DNA of 64,000 nucleotides, from NCBI GenBank assembly GCA_003971905.1, contig RSEE01000044.1, positions 310,001 to 374,000 on the forward strand, read 5' to 3'. The stretch is from Moniliella sp. 'wahieum' (Eukaryota). The notes below the pieces were generated by a model. That model was not told where the DNA came from, searched no databases, and saw nothing but the letters and a program-made list of their open reading frames with translations. The translations under genes were made by a program, and so were the position numbers. The first letter of the stretch is position 1; each line of letters starts with the position of its first letter. Positions 13,634 through 25,947 of the stretch are shown piece after piece.

Positions 13634-13966
13634 CGCGGTGGTGGACGGGGAGAGAAGAAACGATGGGGGTCGGGGATGGCCGTTCCCCGTCGCTGCCGGC
13701 ACGGCGCCAGTCTCAGCCCGCCGTTTTGTCAGCTGGGCGGAATGGGAAGGCTCGCGTTCCAGTTCCGCCCGCGTGAGCGTCTGCTGGGCGCGGGGGGGGC
13801 TCTTGCGTCTTTCTTGGATTGCGGAAGCTGAAGGCGGCCAGGCAGCAAGCGGTGGGTGGCGGAGGCCAAAAGTCCATCCATCCCCCGTCCGCCCGCTGGC
13901 TTCTTCCGCCGCTGCCTTTTCTTCGCTCCTCCTTTCCTCCACCAGCCCCTGTTTGCACTCTGCACA

Positions 13967-14185
13967 ATGTTTGGTGGACCTCCCCCGAAGCCCTCCCCGG
14001 CCGAGCAGGCCGCTGCCCGCGCTCAGGTCCGCAGCAACATCCACGGATTCATCATCACGGCTGCGGTGCTCTTACCTGTACGTGCCTGCCGCCTCGTTCG
14101 TTCCGCTGCCTCCTGCTTCGCCTCCTGCTAACTCCGTGCCTTTTCCCCAGTGCCCATCATTGCTGGCCACTTGACCAAGCACTAG
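13967..14185 (+). CDS. TOM5: Mitochondrial import receptor small subunit Tom5-like; one intron
   Basis: MFGGPPPKPSPAEQAAARAQVRSNIHGFIITAAVL, then an intron GTACGT..CTAAC..CAG, then PIIAGHLTKH* (needs a one-base correction). Size and MFG-P-rich start match fungal Tom5. Confidence 0.7.
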
Positions 14186-14625
14186 TGTCTTTCGCAACCC
14201 AATGCACTACCTGCCCAATCTGTTTGCAGCCCTTGGCGCTTGCCCTCTCAGAACTCTACTGCACGTTCGTAGTCGCCACCAGGACCCTTTCGATCGGAGC
14301 GTAGCATCCCACGTAGCACCCCCTCGTCTTACCGCATGGGCATGATGCATGGGTGCCGTAGCCAGGATTCTTCTGGTCGTGCAAACTTGATTAGGTGTGC
14401 CGCTGGTTACGGATTCTGTTCCATCAAGAATCCAATGTTCAACGTCCAACTATATGATAGCTAAGGAAAGACGAGGTAGATGAGGAGCGTCCTGGAAGGA
14501 CAGGGAATCCATTCATGCCCCGTAAGAGGGCAATGGACGTTTTACAGCATAGAGACAGGCAAGCTGCGGGGGGCATGTGCATAAAGGGAACCATCAAACG
14601 GCAGGAAGAAGGAGACTGAATACGT

Positions 14626-15373
14626 TTAGTCGCCCTTCTTGAGAGTACCGCGGATGAGACCCGTGCGGCGGGCAGCAATGAGACCAGCCTTCTGACCGGC
14701 AGGAGCCCAGCGCGAGATGGTCGAGGCGTGACCAATGTGCTGGTGGTTACCACCACCGTGCGGGTGGTCGACGGGGTTCATAGCCACACACGAGTACGGG
14801 CCACGAGTGCGCTTGACGCGGTACTTGTGGAACGCACGGCCAGCCTTGAGCAGCGGCTTGTCAATCCGGCCACCACCAGCAACAATGCCCACGTCGCACG
14901 CGACGCCGACGAACAATCTTCTTGGCGCCGAGGGAAGACGGATGCGCGAGGTCTTGCCATCGGCATCGTGGCCAATCAGGGTGGCGTAGTTGCCCGAAGC
15001 ACGAGCAAGCGTACCGCGGTCCCCAGCCTTCCTCCACGTTGCACACAATCGTACCTTCCGGCAGCGCGAGAGGGGCAGCACATTGCCCCAGGAAAGCGCG
15101 GCACGCTTGCCACAGTAGACAAACTGCCGGTCGACAGCCCTCGGTGGCAATAAAGTGATCGTGCGCAGCTTGTAGCGGTACGAGTCCGGAAGGTCACCTG
15201 GCCAGCGGCGCGCCACGGCCAGCGTCGTGGACGATCTCACGGACGACACCGCGGATGTAGCCGTTGCGCTCGGCAAAGTCGACCGTGCGCAGCTTGGCAG
15301 GCGCAGTGCGGTGGGACGAGTGGGACTTGAAGATCCCGCCCGACTTACGCTGGGAGCGAATAACACGACCCAT
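14626..15373 (-). CDS. RPL2: 60S ribosomal protein uL2 (yeast L2, human L8), heavily frameshifted; probable 5'-UTR intron at about 15380-15497
   Basis: MGRVIR start, [61 protein letters not shown] and [13 protein letters not shown]. Confidence 0.96.
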
Positions 15374-15780
15374 GGTACCCTGAAGGAAGGTGTTAGTGGG
15401 GGTGCGTCAGGAGGAGGAATGGGGGGATGGGGTGCAGGCAGTGTCAATCGGGTGGGCAGGCGAGCAACCCGACGAGCCCCGCCGTGCGTGTACTCACTGA
15501 ACTTGGTGTGTGTTGGGGGGGGGTAGAGGGGGTGAGGAGGAGGAGCTGGCTGGCTGCGTTTGTTGCTCTAGGGCGGGCCAGGCGGCTCGTGGCTAGCGAG
15601 AAGCAGCGGCGGCGGGACTAGGGTTAAGACTACGGGCTGCCCCTGTGCCTGCATGGGCTGCCAGGGTGAGCGGGCACGGGGGGGTGCCGTGTTGCTGCTG
15701 CGGTGCATTTCGCCCATGCAACCCTAGTGCCATGGTCCGGGAGTCCGGGAGGCCGCTTAGCTCATCGGCAGGAATGTATA

Positions 15781-15813
15781 TCACGTGATTCCCGCACGTG
15801 GGGGGCACGTGAC
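15781..15813. promoter_or_regulatory. Cluster of three E-boxes (TCACGTGA, CACGTG, CACGTGAC) in the divergent RPL2/hypothetical promoter
   Basis: Exact matches at 15781-15788, 15795-15800 and 15806-15813. Confidence 0.5.
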
Positions 15814-15939
15814 GCGTGCGGGCGGTGGGTGGGATTTAGATTGCACTGGGCGTCGCAGGTACTCGGCGGCACTCGTCGTTGCGCCGCGTGCGCCGCCCTC
15901 ACCTCCATCCCCAGTGCGGCGCGAGACGCGCAGCTCGCC

Positions 15940-18812
15940 ATGGGTCCGCGCAAGAGCATCCGCTCCGCCCACACGCCCGAACAGGGCCAGACCCACCTCT
16001 CTGAGTTCTTCGAGCACTCGCGCGTCCTTTCCCCCCAACACTCCACGTCCGCCCTCCCGGCCACTGCTCCACGGGCCTCAACCTCAGCCTCCACCTCGAC
16101 CGCATCTTCCTCTCACCCCGCCCTTCGTTCTCGGTGCCTCGGGCGCGTTCGCCCGTCCGCGCAAGCTGCGCAAACGACGACTGTCGGACTCTGCCCTCGA
16201 GCCCCACCCACCCACCATCCCGCCACCGCGCCCGCAAGCTTTCCCCGATTTGCCCCCGAAGCGACCACGCCGTTCTGCCCCCGTCGCCCGCGCCCCGTCG
16301 CCCATTGAAGTCCCCGAGACGCCTCCTCTTGGGCCCCAAACCCCCTCGCCAGTCAACTTGTCACGCATCGCGCCTCAGATCGGATCGCCCTGTGTGGAGG
16401 AGGACAGCGATGGGACGGAAGCGATTTGGGAGGTGCGCCCTCGGGTCCAGGATGCGTCCAGTTTGCCACAGGACGAGGACGTGCGTCCTGCGGCCCACCG
16501 TCGGCCCACCCACCCGACCCAGCGACCAGCAGCGATGCGTTTTACTTTTGGAAGAGCATGCGTCCATGTTGCGCACCCAGCACCCAGTGTTTGGCGACGA
16601 AACACCCTTTTTGCACGATACCCTCCCCACCACGGCCATGCGGGCAGAGGAATCAGATGCCCATGCTATGGTCCGCGGGCCCAACCCGGTCAGAATGAAC
16701 GAGATCCGAAGGATGAATGGCTTGGTCATCACTTCCTCCCAAATTCAAGCCGAGATGGATTGGATTGAAGCGCATGCGCCGCCACCTCCTGGACCACGAG
16801 CAGCAGCCTTGGCCGCTATCCCCACCTCCAACCCTCGTCGACGAGGCCAGGGTCAGGGCCAGGGTAAGGCTCAGGACTACCTCCAGGATCAGGCTTGGCC
16901 TGCCCCTCGTCCCAATCCTAATCCACCTTGCCCTGCGGAGGACACGCATGTTGCCTCCCCCAGTGACAACACCTACGGGTGACTCCCGGATGGGTCCACC
17001 TAGTTCCCCAAACTCCTCTCTGCTACCTCCACCTTCGCCTCGCCCCGCTCACGCCCCTCTCCCCGTTCCCGATGACATCGATGAAGATGAAACGATTCCC
17101 GAGTCGGCACCGCTTCCCTACCCTCGTCCGTTGCCTCCTCCTTTCCCCCACGACGACTCACCTACCACTCCGCCCCGGCCTGTGCCACTCCCAACTGTAG
17201 ATGCCAGCCCTGCCCGTGCTCCTCCAACGATCTCGGGCTCAGTATCCCTCTCCCTCACAGCCCTAGCAAGAACAAGCATCTGAGTCCCTTGGGACACAAG
17301 ATCCTTGGAACCAGGCCCAGTGTCCGCCTCCCCGAGGAACCACGAAGCAACTCTGTTCGTGCACCAACCGTACCTCGTTCTCCTACTTCTTCTCCGCGCA
17401 GCCCACACGGTACTATGGTCACACACCCCATCACGCCTACTCATCGGCGGTTGACATACGCTCCCACCACCGGCTCCCCGCTCAACCCAGGACGGTACAT
17501 CGAGGACCCAAGCGTGCTCGGAACGGATGTCATTAGCTCCACCCAGCCCGAGCAGGACGAGGTGGAGCGGATAGCTGATCGTTCGCCTTGTGGTGGTGGT
17601 GATGATGGTGAGGGTGGTGAGGGTGGTTCTTCGGGTACACATCTCTTTAGGGAGCCCAGTCCTTTTTTGCCTCCTTCTCCCACGGTCCAGTTGCGCCACC
17701 AGCGACACGCCTCGTTTGGCACCAGTTTGCATACCACCCTGTCTTTGGGTAAGGCCGGTGTTTACACCCTATCTCCTCATGGGGCCGAAGCAGGCGGGAG
17801 GCACAAGGAGGAGAAGGAAGATACCGAGGAGGAGACGGAGAGGGAGAGGGAGAAGGAGAAGGAAAATGAGAGGGAAGAGAATGGCGAGGCACTCCTTGAC
17901 ACAGTTCCCCTCTCCTGGGATGACGATGTGCCTTACTCATTATCTAAAGTGCAGATGGCCGACCCGGGTTCGCCTACCCCCACATACACGCCCCCCATCC
18001 AGAGGCTGGCATTCTTGTCCCGGGCGCTAACCCCGCTCACCTCCACAGCGACTGGCAAGCAAGGCGCAGTATCCCTCGTTTCCGATTTTTACTCGTGGAC
18101 CAGATGGCGCATTAGTTGCGTCAGGTGGGAGTGATCTTTTCTGCACCAATGGCCCCCTCGTGTTTGGGAAGAAGGATACAGCCCCGCTGCCGTCGGATTC
18201 GGTTCAGCAGCAGCTTACTGGCTTTTTCCCCCAACCCCGCACTGCCAAGGTGCGAAGGGATGCAGAAGACTTGGATGAGGACGAGTTATTGAGGAGCAGG
18301 AGAAGGAGAAGGAGAAGGAGAAGGAGGTTGATACGAGTTCAGAGCCGGGTCAATCCTCCTTACAGGAAAGTGCCAGACGGTTCCCTTCTCTTAACGTCGC
18401 GCCTCAACAGCCCCTTGCCCGAAACCAAGCAAGCCACCCACGCTTCTCCTACTCCACAACAGAGGGCCGTCGTTCCATGCCGGCGAACTCGCCTCGCGTG
18501 CCCATCTCCACAGATGCTGGGCGCGCTTCCCTTTCTCCGGACAAGTCCACGCCGCTCCCAGGACCCCCATTGCGCCCTCTTTCTTCTTCCTTGCAAGAGT
18601 GCTCGAATCCAGAAAAGGACAGACCGTCTCTCCCTTTGCATTTGTCGGATGATCAGGAGCTGCTATCTCAGCTTCGTTCGCTGGATCCAACCGAGTTACG
18701 GGCCAGAGGATGGACGGAGGATGCCATTAAAAGAGGTCTGTCGACGCCATCTCGCAAGATGCTCTTTTCCAGCTCAACAAGTACGAGCCAAGAATCCAAC
18801 CCGAAAGTATGA
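15940..18812 (+). CDS. Hypothetical Pro/Ser-rich, largely disordered protein (stitched across frameshifts)
   Basis: gccATGg start (MGPRKSIRS...QTHLSEFF) and a chain of overlapping coding-like ORFs to ...ESNPKV*. No domain recognised. Confidence 0.5.
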
Positions 18813-18979
18813 GGCTCATATCTCAGCTGCTCAACACTCAACACTCAAGTTGACCTTACCCGCCTACCAAGCTACCACCTACTTACTCTTGAGATAACGC
18901 CCTCTGACTCTTACATTGTACCTACCCCCCTTTCATCATCATCCTCCCCACTCACAGCATTGCATCATGCCATTGTTAC

Positions 18980-19894
18980 TTATGCCTTCTTGTCCTTGTC
19001 GGCCTGCTCGAGATCGTGGAGCGTGGTCGGCTTGGGCGTCGACGTTCCGCTACCCGGTTTGCTGTTGGGCGCCGGGCCGGGCGCGCGCTCGTTGGGACCA
19101 GGGATGGCGTGCCAGTCTCCCGGCCCGTCCGGACGGGCAAACGCGCTAACTACATCCTTGAAAAAGTTGCGCCACGGGCCTTGGGTCGGAGTGCCATGGC
19201 CACCAGGGTGCTCCTCCAATCGCACATCCTCACTATAGTCGAGCAATGACATGGACCGCGAGGGAGCCACAATGGGATCTTGCTTGCCCACCACGAGGAG
19301 GAGCGGCGTCTTGACCTTTTGCCGGTAGAGCGCTTCGAATTGCGCCTCACCATTCTTAAACCCAGACAGAATGATGGTGAGTTTTGCGGGCTTTTGGTCG
19401 GGGTGCAAGTGCAGGCCCGGCCATCGCGTAGGATCTTCAAATGCCGACGTGAGCGCCGCGGCAAGACACCCACCCTGGCTGAACCCTAGAATCGCATCAA
19501 ACGGACCGTGCTCAGTCAACTCTTGGCTCAGGTAGCTCACCGTCTTGTCCCACCCTGCGATCGTTCGCGTACCCTCCGTTTTGGCTCCGGCATTGTCCTC
19601 AAAGTACCACCACCCACGCGGCTGCTCCTCCACGGGCGTCGACTCGTCCACCACTGCCGGCGGCTCAGATTCGCTCTCCCGCAGCGCAGTAATCGGCTGC
19701 ACGAGGTGCGGCGCATTCATAAAGTACATGTCGGCCACCGCTGCGGCGTGGTCAGCGATGCGAGAAGGGGGAGGGATGGGGTTGGAGCGTACACTTCAGG
19801 CTCTTGCGGAGCGAGCCGCAGCGTTCTGGTAGATGAAGGCGTTGGAGGTGTAGCCGTGGAGGCAGAGCACGCGCAGCTTGGTGGGGGCCGCCAT
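18980..19894 (-). CDS. FSH1/OVCA2-family serine hydrolase; short intron near 19741-19792
   Basis: KLRVLCLHGYTSNA, GPFDAILGFSQGG (nucleophile), LLVVGKQDPIV and HPGGH give the catalytic triad pattern. Confidence 0.92.
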
Positions 19895-20196
19895 GGCTGG
19901 GTTAGGTAGGCGTGGGTGGTGGGGCCGGGGAAAGGGGGAAAGGGGAAGGGGAAGGGAAGGTAGGTTAGCTGGCACAGCTGGCGCTGGACTCTGGCTGGTT
20001 TGATTTGATTGGCGTGATTAATGATTTGAAATTGGAGGGGGCAGGTGTCACGTGCGCGGGGCGGAATGGGGCGTGGTGGCCGCGAGGAGGGTCCGCCTGG
20101 ATTTGGACATGCTAGAAGTTGGGCTGGACGTCGGGCTGGATGGACGTCGAGGCGGCAGAGTCGATCTGGGTTAGTCGGCTGTACCACCTCCGCCCC

Positions 20197-22933
20197 ATGG
20201 CTGTGCCGAGTCTGGCGGAGCTGCTGCGGCAGTCGCAGCACCTCGCCTCCCCCTCTGCCTCCGACAGCCCCGCCCTGCCTGCGCTCCAGCTCGGCCTGGA
20301 CCAGATCGAGCGGCAGAGCAGGCAGCTGGCCCCGCACTCGCACCCGCCGCCCCTGCCCGCTGCTGCTGCCGCCGACGCCGCCGCCGCCTTTGCGCCGCTC
20401 CGCCCGCTCGAAGACACCGACGTCACCGGCTACCTCCGCCACGAGCACCAGCAGATCCTCCTCTCTGCCCTCCAGCACGCGCGCCGCAACACCCAGCATG
20501 CCATGTATCGCGCTGTCGATCGCTCCCTCGAAACCAGCTGGACCATGCAGAAGCGCCGCATCACAGAGGACTTGGCTCCTTTGTCCCTTCTGCCCCTGCT
20601 ACCGCTTCCGCTGCCGCTGCCGCTGCCAACCCGCCGTTCACAACCCTGTCCGTGCGCACCTCTGCCTCGCTTCAGATGCACAGCAAGATGCTGCGCTACG
20701 TCATGGTCGTCCAGCGTCTCAATGACGCCCGCCTCGCCGGCGACGTGTTCCCCCTCGCCCACGCCTACGCCGATGCCGTGGCTGCGCTCCAGACTAGGGC
20801 AGGAGGCAGCACCACCACCAAGCTGCTCGACTCGTGGAAAATTGTCCAGACCCTGGTCGGCGAACACCATGTCCTGAATGGCCGCTTCACCCAACGCGCT
20901 GTCGCCCAACGCGAGTTTGCTCCGGTCTACACTGATCCTCATGCCTTCCTTGCTTCTTCGCTCGGTCTGGCGCTTCGTACTAAGCTCACGCGTGCTGCCA
21001 TGCGCTACCTCCAGGACGCTTTCCAACAGCAGCTCAACCACGCCATTGGTATCCGTCCTGACAGTCCGCCGCGGTCTCCTTCGGAGCGCATTGCTGCCTA
21101 CTGCCGCATCCAGCACATGCAGCCCGACCAGCGCTGGTCCTCCGACCTTGAGCTGGTCCAGTTGGACCAAGGCAAAATCCCTATTTGGGCGTACCTCTTC
21201 CTCCTCCTCCGCTCGGGCGAGGAGGAGGCAGCACTTCAACTGGCCACCCAGGCCGAAGGCGTGTTACGAAGGACGGACCATTCGTTTGTGCCCTTGTTCC
21301 AGACATGGCTTGCAGCGCCCGACCGATTGCTGCCCAAACCTCTAAGGGAACGCCTCTTTACCGAATTTACTACCCGCTTCCAGCCCGTCGCTCCCCAGGC
21401 ACCTGCACGGGACCCTTACAAACTCGCCCTCTACAAGCTCATCGGCCGCTTTGACGTCCACAAACCGTTCCCGTCCGCCTTGACTTCCCCCTGGAGCCAG
21501 TGGCTCTGGCTTCAACTGGCCATGGTGCGCGAACCATCTGTGTCTGAGGACGCGTTTGCCGAGGTCGGTGACTCGATTGCCTCACGCGACCAGTATACGC
21601 TCGGTGATCTCGCCCACGCAGTGACGACGTTTGGCCCGACCTACTTTGATCCCAAAGGCACCAACCCTTACCTTTACTTTCAACTGTTGCTGCTCGTCGG
21701 ACAATTTGAGCGAGCAATTGCCTTTCTTGCGGCGCGGCCTACCTCCCATGCGGACGCAGTCCAATTCGCTATCACATTGACGTACTATGGCCTGCTCCGC
21801 CCGCCCGCTAGTACTGCTGCCCCATCTTCTTTCGACGCTGCTCTCAGCCTCGACACGACCTGTCCCGACTTGGCTGTTGCTGGGGTCCCCGCTGCGCTGG
21901 GCTTGGCGTACTTTGATTTTGCGCCTCTCATCCAGCGTTATGTTCGCACGTTTGTCCAAACTGACCCCCAAAAGGCGTTGCAGCACGTTTGCCTGGTCGC
22001 CTTGAATGCCGATGCGCCGTCGCCGGTGGGAGAAGAACAGTTGGCAGTTTGCCTCGAGATGGTGCAGGAGGTGGTGTTGATCTCCAAGGACTACTACACC
22101 CTCTTGGGCGACCCGAGGAACGACGGCACAGTGGCCCCCGGTGCGATTGCCACCTATGCTGCCCTACTCCATTTCCCCGACGAGACCCGGTTCCTGCGCA
22201 CAGTGGTATCGGAAGCGGCCGCTGCGGCCCAGCCGGCCAGACCAAAGACGCCATCTTGCTCTACAACCTGGCCGGCGCGTACGACAAGGCACTTGAAGTG
22301 CTCACTGACGGTCTGGGTGCCACCCTATTTGACCCGACTGATTCCTCTCTCTCTGCTGCGGCACGCGAGTCGACACGACTGCTGGTGCGTGGCACGTCGC
22401 TGCAGGCGGCCGAGGACTTGGGCACAGTGGCACGGGAACTGCTGGTATCGTACGAGGCGCAGCCGAGGGCGTTGCACCAGACCTCGCCACAACAACGCGA
22501 CACGGTACGGCTGCTATTGGAGGTACAGCGGGCGGTGGGCTTGTTGCGTACGGGCGCGTTGGAGGACGCGTTGAGCGTGCTGGACAGTACGCGCCTGGTG
22601 CCCTTACGTGCGGACGTGGACACCGTCACGTCGCTCGCACGTGAATGGTCTACGTTCCCCTCGGCTCTGCAACGCAACTTGGGCGCTGTGATGGTGCTCG
22701 CCATGCGCATCTTGGCTCAGATGCACAGTGCTGTACGCGCACCCATCCTCCCGCCCCCCCAGCACCACGCACTGGAAGACGTACGCGCCAAGGCTCGTAC
22801 GCTCCTCTCCTTTGCCGGCTTGGTCCGCCCCCTCGTTGCCCCCGCCACGTATGCGCAGCTGCAGCTTGTCGCCGCAGTAAGCGTGTCTGCCGAGTGGCCA
22901 CCTAGCCACTTCTCGCGAGCAACGGGCTGCTAG
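20197..22933 (+). CDS. NIC96: Nucleoporin Nic96/Nup93 (frameshifted; 3' end uncertain)
   Basis: LPALQLGLDQIERQSRQL, DTDVTGYLRHEHQQILLSAL, PIWAYLFLLLRSG, DPYKLALYKLIGR, YFQLLLLVGQFERAI and DAVQFAITLTYYGLL. Confidence 0.92.
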
Positions 22934-23135
22934 CTACTAGCCACTAGCCCCTGGTCATGTATCGCTCCCGAGCGAACGTATGCATAGTGGACACCAGGCT
23001 GGGAAAAGGGAGGTAGTGGTGGGCAGTGAATAGTGACTAGTGACTAGGGAGGGTTAGCCGAGGCGAGGCGATGCAGGGAGCACACGCAGGGCGGCTGGGC
23101 TTGCTTGGCATGCGCTGGCCATCGCAGCTGCTTGA

Positions 23136-23373
23136 TGCTTGTGCTTGCTTGCTTGTGCTTGCTTGCTTGTGCTTGCTTGCTTGTGCTTGCGCGTCGCGTA
23201 TGCGCGGGGGAGAATGACGTTGCCGATTCAAGATGGCTCTCGCACGGGAGCACACAGCGGCCCGCAGGCGCACGTCACAGGCGCCATGCCCCGAGCGGCC
23301 GGGCCAGCTTGCTTGCTGTTTGCTGCTTGCTGTTTGCTGCTTGCTGTTTGCTGCTTGCTGCTTGCTGCTTGCT
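23136..23373. repeat. Simple repeats upstream of SSD1: (GCTT/GCTTGT)n at 23136-23190 and nine G(C/T)TTGCT heptamers at 23311-23373
   Basis: Read directly from the sequence. Confidence 0.85.
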
Positions 23374-23853
23374 GCTGCGTCGGCCGCCCTCGGCCACATC
23401 AGCGCATCAGCCACCCCCGGCGCGCGGCCATCCCCCCCTGGCATGGCCGTGGCAATAGCGCTCTGGCGGCGCGCAGGCAGGGGCTTGAAGCTGGAGAGCA
23501 GCTGCTCCATCGGCCATGGACCATCGGCTATCGGCTCGAGCAGCGACGCCTTCCAGCACACCTGCTGCGCTGCGGCCGCTCACCCGTCACCCGTCGCCGC
23601 CTGCCCCCCCGCCCCCACACTCCCCGCCTGCCGCCCCGGCCCGTGCACCGTCGCATGCCACATGCCACCCGGCCGCCCCGGGCCAGTGCGCCGCCGTGCC
23701 AACGCATCCACTCGCCCTGCCCGCCCACCGAGCGACTGGCGACGCAGCAGCAACTTGCGTCTCCCGGCTCTCCCCCGACCGCCACCACCCGCCCCGCTCC
23801 CCCCGCCCCCCCCGCCGCTCGCTCTCCGCCCCCCCTCCTTGCGCCCGTCCACG

Positions 23854-25916
23854 ATGGCCACGCCGCCCACCCCCACCCCACCGCGCCGCCGCGCCGACGC
23901 CTCCGCCAAGCCCGCCTTTGCCGGCACCGCTGCCTTCCGCTCCGCCATGGCCCGCAAGAGCACCGGCCCCGGCCCCGACCCCGACCCCACCCCAACCCCA
24001 CCCCACCCCCGCCCCCCCCCCCCGACCCCGCCTCCGCCTCCGCCTCGGCTGCTGCTGCTGCTGCTGCTGCTGCCGCCGCCGCGTCTGCCCACACACGCCG
24101 CTCGTCGCTCCAGCGCATCGGCCTCCTAGGCCCTCACGCCCCCTCCCCCCACTCCCAGGCCCAAGCCCAGGCCCAGGCCCAGGCCGTCATGGCTGCCGCC
24201 CGCGGCGCCCCCCCGCCGCTCCTGCCCACGTCCGCTCCCTCCGCCCCACCCGCTGCTTCCGCCGCCGCCCTCTCCGCCGCCGCCCAGGCACAGCACATGG
24301 CGCTCCAGCAGCAAATCGAGGCCCTCCAGGCCCAACAAGCCGCCCTTTCCCTCTCCCAGACACCCTCCTCCGCCCCTCCAGCAGACGGCCTCGCTGGTGT
24401 CCCCGCCTCCCTCTCAACCCAGGCCCAGACCCAGGCCCAGGCCCAGGCCCAGGCCCAGCCTCCGGTACCGGCCCAGCCCGCCTCCCCGCCCGCTCCGATT
24501 GCGCCCCCCGGGCGGCACAGCCCCGCACGCTCACGCGTCGCCACTGGGCCTCATCGTCGTGTGGGCAGCCAGGTCTCGCAGCATGCACCCGACTTGGAAT
24601 CCACCCCAGCCCCCGCAGCCCCTGGCACCCCCGCCCTCGGCCGGTCACGCCCGTCGCCACTCGTCCCAGACCACCGTCCCGCGCATCGGTCTTATGGGCT
24701 CCCTTGCCTCCCGCTCCCTGGCCAGCCCCACCTCCCCCACCTCGGCCACCTCCTATTCGGCCCACATCATCATCGTACCGCCACCGAATCCGCCGCTGGC
24801 GCCCTCTCCCACTCTTCCCCCGGCCCAGGCCCGGGCCCGGGCCCGGCGACTATGCCCGACCGCCTGCGGTGGGCCCTGCCGCCAGCAGCGGTGGCCCGAC
24901 CCACCACCATTCCCTCTCTGGCTCCTCTTCTCTCTCGCGCTTTGGTCTTATGGGCCCACCCACCGCCCCGCCTCCCCTGAACCGTGCCGACATTGCCGAT
25001 GGGTTCTCCTCCGCCTCCCAGGCTGCCCACCAGAGCTTGGCCCTCACCTTTGAAGCGGCTGCCGCAACGGGATTGACTGCCTCAACTGGGCATGCCCTCG
25101 GCCTATGCTGGGCTCCCGCCGGGGCGGCACGGGGTGGCGGACGTGGGCACACTCGGCTCGGGAGCCTTGCCAGCCTCTCCTCCACCACCCCAAGATCCTG
25201 CTGTCTCTACCGTTGCCCTCGCTCAGCCCAAGCTCACCTCCATGCACTCCACCAGTCGCGGGCTCAGGTCAACCAGCCGATCGGTGGACCCCAGGGGGGC
25301 GGCAGCCGCCACAGCCATCACCGCTCGCTTTCCACCGCCTCGGATGCACCCGGCGCTGCTGGGCCGCAACGCAAGCCTCTTTTTGGCACGTACCTCCCTA
25401 CAGCGCCATTGCTCCTCTCGTTGCTTCGGCGAAATCTGGGTTGGCACCCTGCGCATCAACCAGCAACAACCGCGGTGGCGCATATGTGCGTCCGGCCTCC
25501 GATCTGTTGCAACAGCAACTGCTCCTCCACCACGCCTCTCAGGCCGGAAGCAACGCGCAATCTGCCGTTCTTGCTGCCTTGGCTGCCGCAGGCCCGGGCT
25601 CTGGCCTTGCCGCCTCGGCCGGCCAGATGCCTGACATCTTTATTTCCGGATCCAAGGACCGCAACCGTGCCCTCCACGGTGACGTTGTGGCCGTCGAGCT
25701 ACTCGATCCCAAAGAGGTTTGGTCGGCTCGCCAAGCCAAGGAAGATAAGAAACGCCGCAAAGAGAATATGCAACACTCCCATTCTCATTCCATCTCCTCC
25801 CAGAGTGGGGGTGGCCATCACCACAGCCACTCCTACTCCCAATCATTTTCGGATCTTGCCGAGTTTACCCGTGGTGGTCCAGCCCTCCCTGGCAACGCTG
25901 CCCAGGGCCAGCGCAA

Positions 25917-25947
<31 letters not shown>

